Source: the human T2T-CHM13v2.0 reference genome, Homo sapiens
DNA: 64,000 nt
Reading direction: 5' to 3' (one strand)
NCBI RefSeq assembly: GCF_009914755.1
Contig: NC_060948.1
Shown: piece after piece, positions 63,736-64,000 of the stretch
Position numbering within the stretch: position 1 is the first letter of the stretch
How the letters are laid out: each line of letters begins with the position of its first letter
The notes under the pieces: generated by a model
Seen by the model: only the letters and a program-made list of their open reading frames with translations
Databases searched by the model: none
What the model was told of the DNA's origin: nothing
Position numbers and translations under genes: made by a program

Positions 63736-63806
63736 TTCTGATATTCATACCCATTTCTCTATCAAATGATCACTTGCCCATACCCTTGGTGTTGTCTTCT
63801 CATTAG

Positions 63807-63807
<1 letters not shown>

Positions 63808-63844
<37 letters not shown>

Positions 63845-64000
63845 CTTTAAGTTCTGGGATACATGTGCAGAACATGCATGTTTGTTACATAGGTATACAC
63901 ATGCCCCCATCGATCAGTCATCTACATTAGGTATTTCTCCTAATGCTATCCCTCCCATAGCCCTCCACCCCCTGGCAGGTCCCGTCGTGTGATGTTCCCC
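63808..64000 (-). mobile_element. L1PA (PA7-like) 3' end with (TAT)n tail
   Basis: (tat)n then tatactttaagttctgggatacatgtgcagaac. Confidence 0.85.

Overview
Primate (human/great-ape-like), CpG-depleted, gene-free DNA made almost entirely of nested retroelements. No intact cellular gene, RNA gene or intact retroelement ORF is supportable. In order: a MER41-type LTR end and an ERV-L pol remnant; a MER4-group ERV1 provirus (3562-15697) holding a second, 5'-deleted provirus with an LTR19-like end and a solo LTR7; a near full-length HERV-IP-type provirus (16843-30536, minus) split by a young L1PA; old L1M; an internally deleted L1PA (35417-37467); an HML-5/LTR22 provirus (39342-51773, perfect TSD) holding a HERV9 provirus, a solo LTR12 and Alus; more L1M; a THE1A element interrupted by a twin-primed L1; MST, Tigger2 and L1 fragments. 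Best observations: (1) the HERV9 provirus has a perfect 4-bp TSD but no 5' LTR and starts exactly at the LTR/PBS boundary; (2) it starts with a 24-bp-period triple primer-binding-site array whose units resemble different tRNA-Arg isoacceptors; (3) the host HML-5 has a parallel stack of U5-end+PBS units; (4) a class I (HERV-IP-like) fragment sits inside the class II HML-5; (5) two otherwise diverged L1s share a 144-bp identical tract; (6) a 60-bp inverted templated insertion; (7) two L1 3' transductions. Family names come from recalled consensus sequences and counts were made by hand, so both need RepeatMasker/Dfam and alignment confirmation.
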